DNA of 63,132 nt, filler included, from Rhabdomonas costata (Eukaryota): the NCBI GenBank assembly GCA_019059605.1. It is 47 parts of 47 records of this genome, joined end to end, with 100 filler letters (N's around TTAATTAATTAA, not from the genome) between each part and the next. Parts side by side here need not be neighbours in the genome. Positions count along the whole stretch, not along the records: positions 59,198 to 60,442 come from JAHMHO010022125.1; positions 60,543 to 61,787 come from JAHMHO010022126.1; positions 61,888 to 63,132 come from JAHMHO010022127.1; 44 more parts are not named here. One strand, given 5' to 3'. Positions 60,431 through 63,132 of this stretch are shown here, piece by piece; position 1 is the stretch's first letter, and every line of letters begins with the position of its first letter. The notes beneath the pieces were generated by a model. It had not been told where the DNA came from and ran no database searches. It saw only the letters and a program-made list of their open reading frames with translations. Made by a program: the position numbers and the translations under genes.

Positions 60431-61905
60431 GTATACCCCACCNNNNNNNNNNNNNNNNNNNNNNNNNNNNNNNNNNNNNNNNNNNNTTAATTAATTAANN
60501 NNNNNNNNNNNNNNNNNNNNNNNNNNNNNNNNNNNNNNNNNNTTTTGGTGGTTGCGTGCTTCGGGAGTGCTGACCTTTCGTCTGTTGCTTCCTGTACAGC
60601 TCTATCCTGTGTTTATGTGCCTCTGTTTGTCCTCCCCGGGCTCTTCAGCCCTGGAGGAACAACGTACTCCCTTTTGATCTGTGTGGTTGACTGCTGTTTC
60701 ACAGTTCTAAATGTTCCGGAAATATCACATCACAGGGCCACCCTTGAACACCCACGACGCTTGTAAAGTAAAGTGGGGGGGGGATACCGTGCCGACCCCC
60801 TACAACACTCCAAAGCTTGATTTGCAGCTCCATACCCGCATCTGATTTCGAACCAAACTCATCATCCCCCTCTAGCTCTGTTTTCCTCTCAAGTGGTCTG
60901 AAAAGCATCATCATCCTTCACGACAGGACCATGCCCCCCTGGGGGAGTCTCTTTCTAGTTGGAACAGTTAAGACGTCAGAAAGAGAACGGGAAATTCACG
61001 CCCGGTAGAAACTCTTCTTTCTGTATGCGGGTGAGAGCGGGTCGTCTCCGAAGATTCCAATGCACCCACTGCTGGACGAGGTTGGGCTGCTGCTGCTGGG
61101 CCTGGAGAGCCCTACCTTTCCCTATGACCCCGTTCAGGGCCAGTTTGGCTTTCCGCCGCCGCCCGCTGCAAAAGAGTTTCTGAGCCTCGGCCGTAGCTCG
61201 CAACGGCACGATGAAGGAAAGTTGTCCCAAGGTGCACTGCCCTCAATTGACCGTTGAACAGCTCCCCTTTTGACAAGGACAGTCCATGCAGACAGTCCCA
61301 GTCCGGAAAAAGTCATCTGATTAAAAGGTTCCCTTTCGGGGAAGCCGAGGTTTTGGTTTCGTGGTTTGAATATGTGCGGTTTGCACCTATTCTCACGTGG
61401 TTAAAGAACGAATGTAGTTCAAGAATATGATGTGGTTGTTGCTGGTGGTAAATCTGCGTGGTTAGCATCGTGAATGCGACACAAATTTCTCGTCAAGGAA
61501 AACGTGTAAAACCGCACCACAGCAGAGAGGGAAAAACCCCATGCTGCTGCCCGCTCGGTCTCAAGAAATTGTTGTCAACACCCCACCACGGAGCCTCCAT
61601 GTGAGAAAGATTTGACCACCTACGCTGTGACTCCGCTTGGAATTAGGTTAGCAATGACCTACTGAGAGCTGTAATTCGGAGCACTCCACGGGTTAGGTGG
61701 GGTCAATCGTAATTGGAACAAAGCTGCTGCTCAACGGCAGAGGCTTCAATGCACTTTCCCCTTCTCCGGGAGAGGTACACCAAACCCNNNNNNNNNNNNN
61801 NNNNNNNNNNNNNNNNNNNNNNNNNNNNNNNTTAATTAATTAANNNNNNNNNNNNNNNNNNNNNNNNNNNNNNNNNNNNNNNNNNNNTTTTTTTTGTCTT
61901 TTCAG

Positions 61906-62318
61906 GTTTCGTTCAAATCGAAGTCTCCGGTTGATAAGATAACAACTCCTCAGTCGGCAGCAGGGTTTACCGCCAGCGAGATCATCCCTTCCTTTTTGTT
62001 TCTCGGGACGGAAAAGGACGCCTGCAATACTGATGCCCTGAGGTCGCGCAACATTCGTTACGTGTTGAATGTCGCTAAAGTACGCGCGACCCTCCTCCTT
62101 TTGAAGTTTTTCTCTTGCTTTCTTCCCTGCAATGCCCTTTTCTTCTTTTTTTAGGAGTGTGAAGTGAAAAATGCCGCCGAGGTTGCGGTCCTCTCGATTC
62201 CTTTGGAGGATGCCATCGATGAAAACATATACTCCCATTTTTCTGCGGCCTGCGACTTTATTGATTCTGCACGGACTTCTGGGAGAGCTGTCTTGGTAAA
62301 CTGCAGAATGGGAATCAG
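61906..62318 (+). CDS. Dual-specificity (MKP-like) protein phosphatase; exons 61906-62079 and 62155-62318
   Basis: SEIIPSFLFLGTEKDA...NIRYVLNVAK|ECE...IPLEDAIDENIYSHFSAACDFID...AVLVNCRMGI(S); canonical splice sites. Confidence 0.93.
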
Positions 62319-63132
62319 GTAATTAAAACCCACGAGCAAGTGCAGTGCGCTGTTACAGCTAAACCACGCTACATTACCTAAATTTCTTTAATGACACTAA
62401 ATCTCAATTCAAAACGGGTTTAAAACCGCCAACCCTGCTCGCAAATTCTCGGAATGCAACGCAGACTCAATAGAGCTGAAAAAGCAGGAACTTGTCTGGG
62501 TTATATCAGCCCTGTCCTCGGCTCCTCCGAAGCCAAGTGCGAATCCGCGATGTAGGTGAATTGGTTGTTTTGGTGTGAAGTGACAGGTGAATTACTTTCT
62601 TCTGGGACTGGTGCGTCTTGTCGCGTATTTCCATGGTTGCTTGCAGTCGCTCCTGCACCTTCGTGGCTGCGTATCTCATGTCCCACCTCCGATGCTCCAG
62701 AGAAGAAGCTCTTCTGTTGATTCGCAGCAAAAGACAAATTGTCAGCCCGGTGTGCTTTGCTTGACAAATTTGTGACATTCTTCCCAAATTGCAATATGAA
62801 GCAATTTGGCGTGCTTAGAGAATGCTTAGTTTTAGAGGTGTGCTGGTTTTTGCGTGTCGTCATGCGACAGAGCTATTAAAAATGGGGTAAAAATGAGACG
62901 GGTATATGCTGAACTATGTTTTTATTCCAATCCAATCTATTTTTTCTGACACCATGATGAAACGACGAATTGAGTTTGCCCTTTCTGTAAATTATTGCTG
63001 CTTTTAGTTTAGTTTCTCTTCCTTTGCCCGCTTTTGGTGTGCCGTCGCTGTACTTTACTGAGCAATGTCGGGCCTTTATCGGGCCTTTTGGGAGGAGAGA
63101 GTTGGAGAAAAGATGGAACCTCCCCACACAAC

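Noticed and set aside
1-63132. Operon-like or clustered biological system spanning neighbouring contigs
   Set aside because: Contigs are unlinked fragments of near-identical length, apparently ordered by size, so adjacency is meaningless.

Overview
This window is not a contiguous locus. It joins about 47 unrelated contigs of about 1.24 kb with an artificial N44-TTAATTAATTAA-N44 spacer, so neighbouring contigs carry no linkage information. The DNA is eukaryotic and probably from a protist, with short GC-rich exons and GT-AG introns. Most contigs begin with a G/T-only run and end with an A/C-only run, which looks like whole-genome-amplification primer residue. Recognisable gene fragments include an ABCD4-like transporter, CWC22, a USP peptidase, MoaC, an insulysin-like M16 peptidase, a HUWE1/UPL1-like E3 ligase, a COG4-like protein, a sterol glucosyltransferase, a receiver domain, a DUSP, and kelch, ankyrin, NURR and Ig/ASH-like domains. 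Two things stand out. First, a Ty3/gypsy-type gag has a 5' leader carrying a polarised repeat-spacer array of 5-6 'LTR end (TGACA)-NN-tRNAiMet PBS' junctions (16916-17182). Second, an extremely AT-rich, intronless, tightly packed pair of decayed F-box/LRR genes of giant-virus type is joined to host-like DNA (46185-46994). All protein calls rest on my recognition of motifs; no database search was run.
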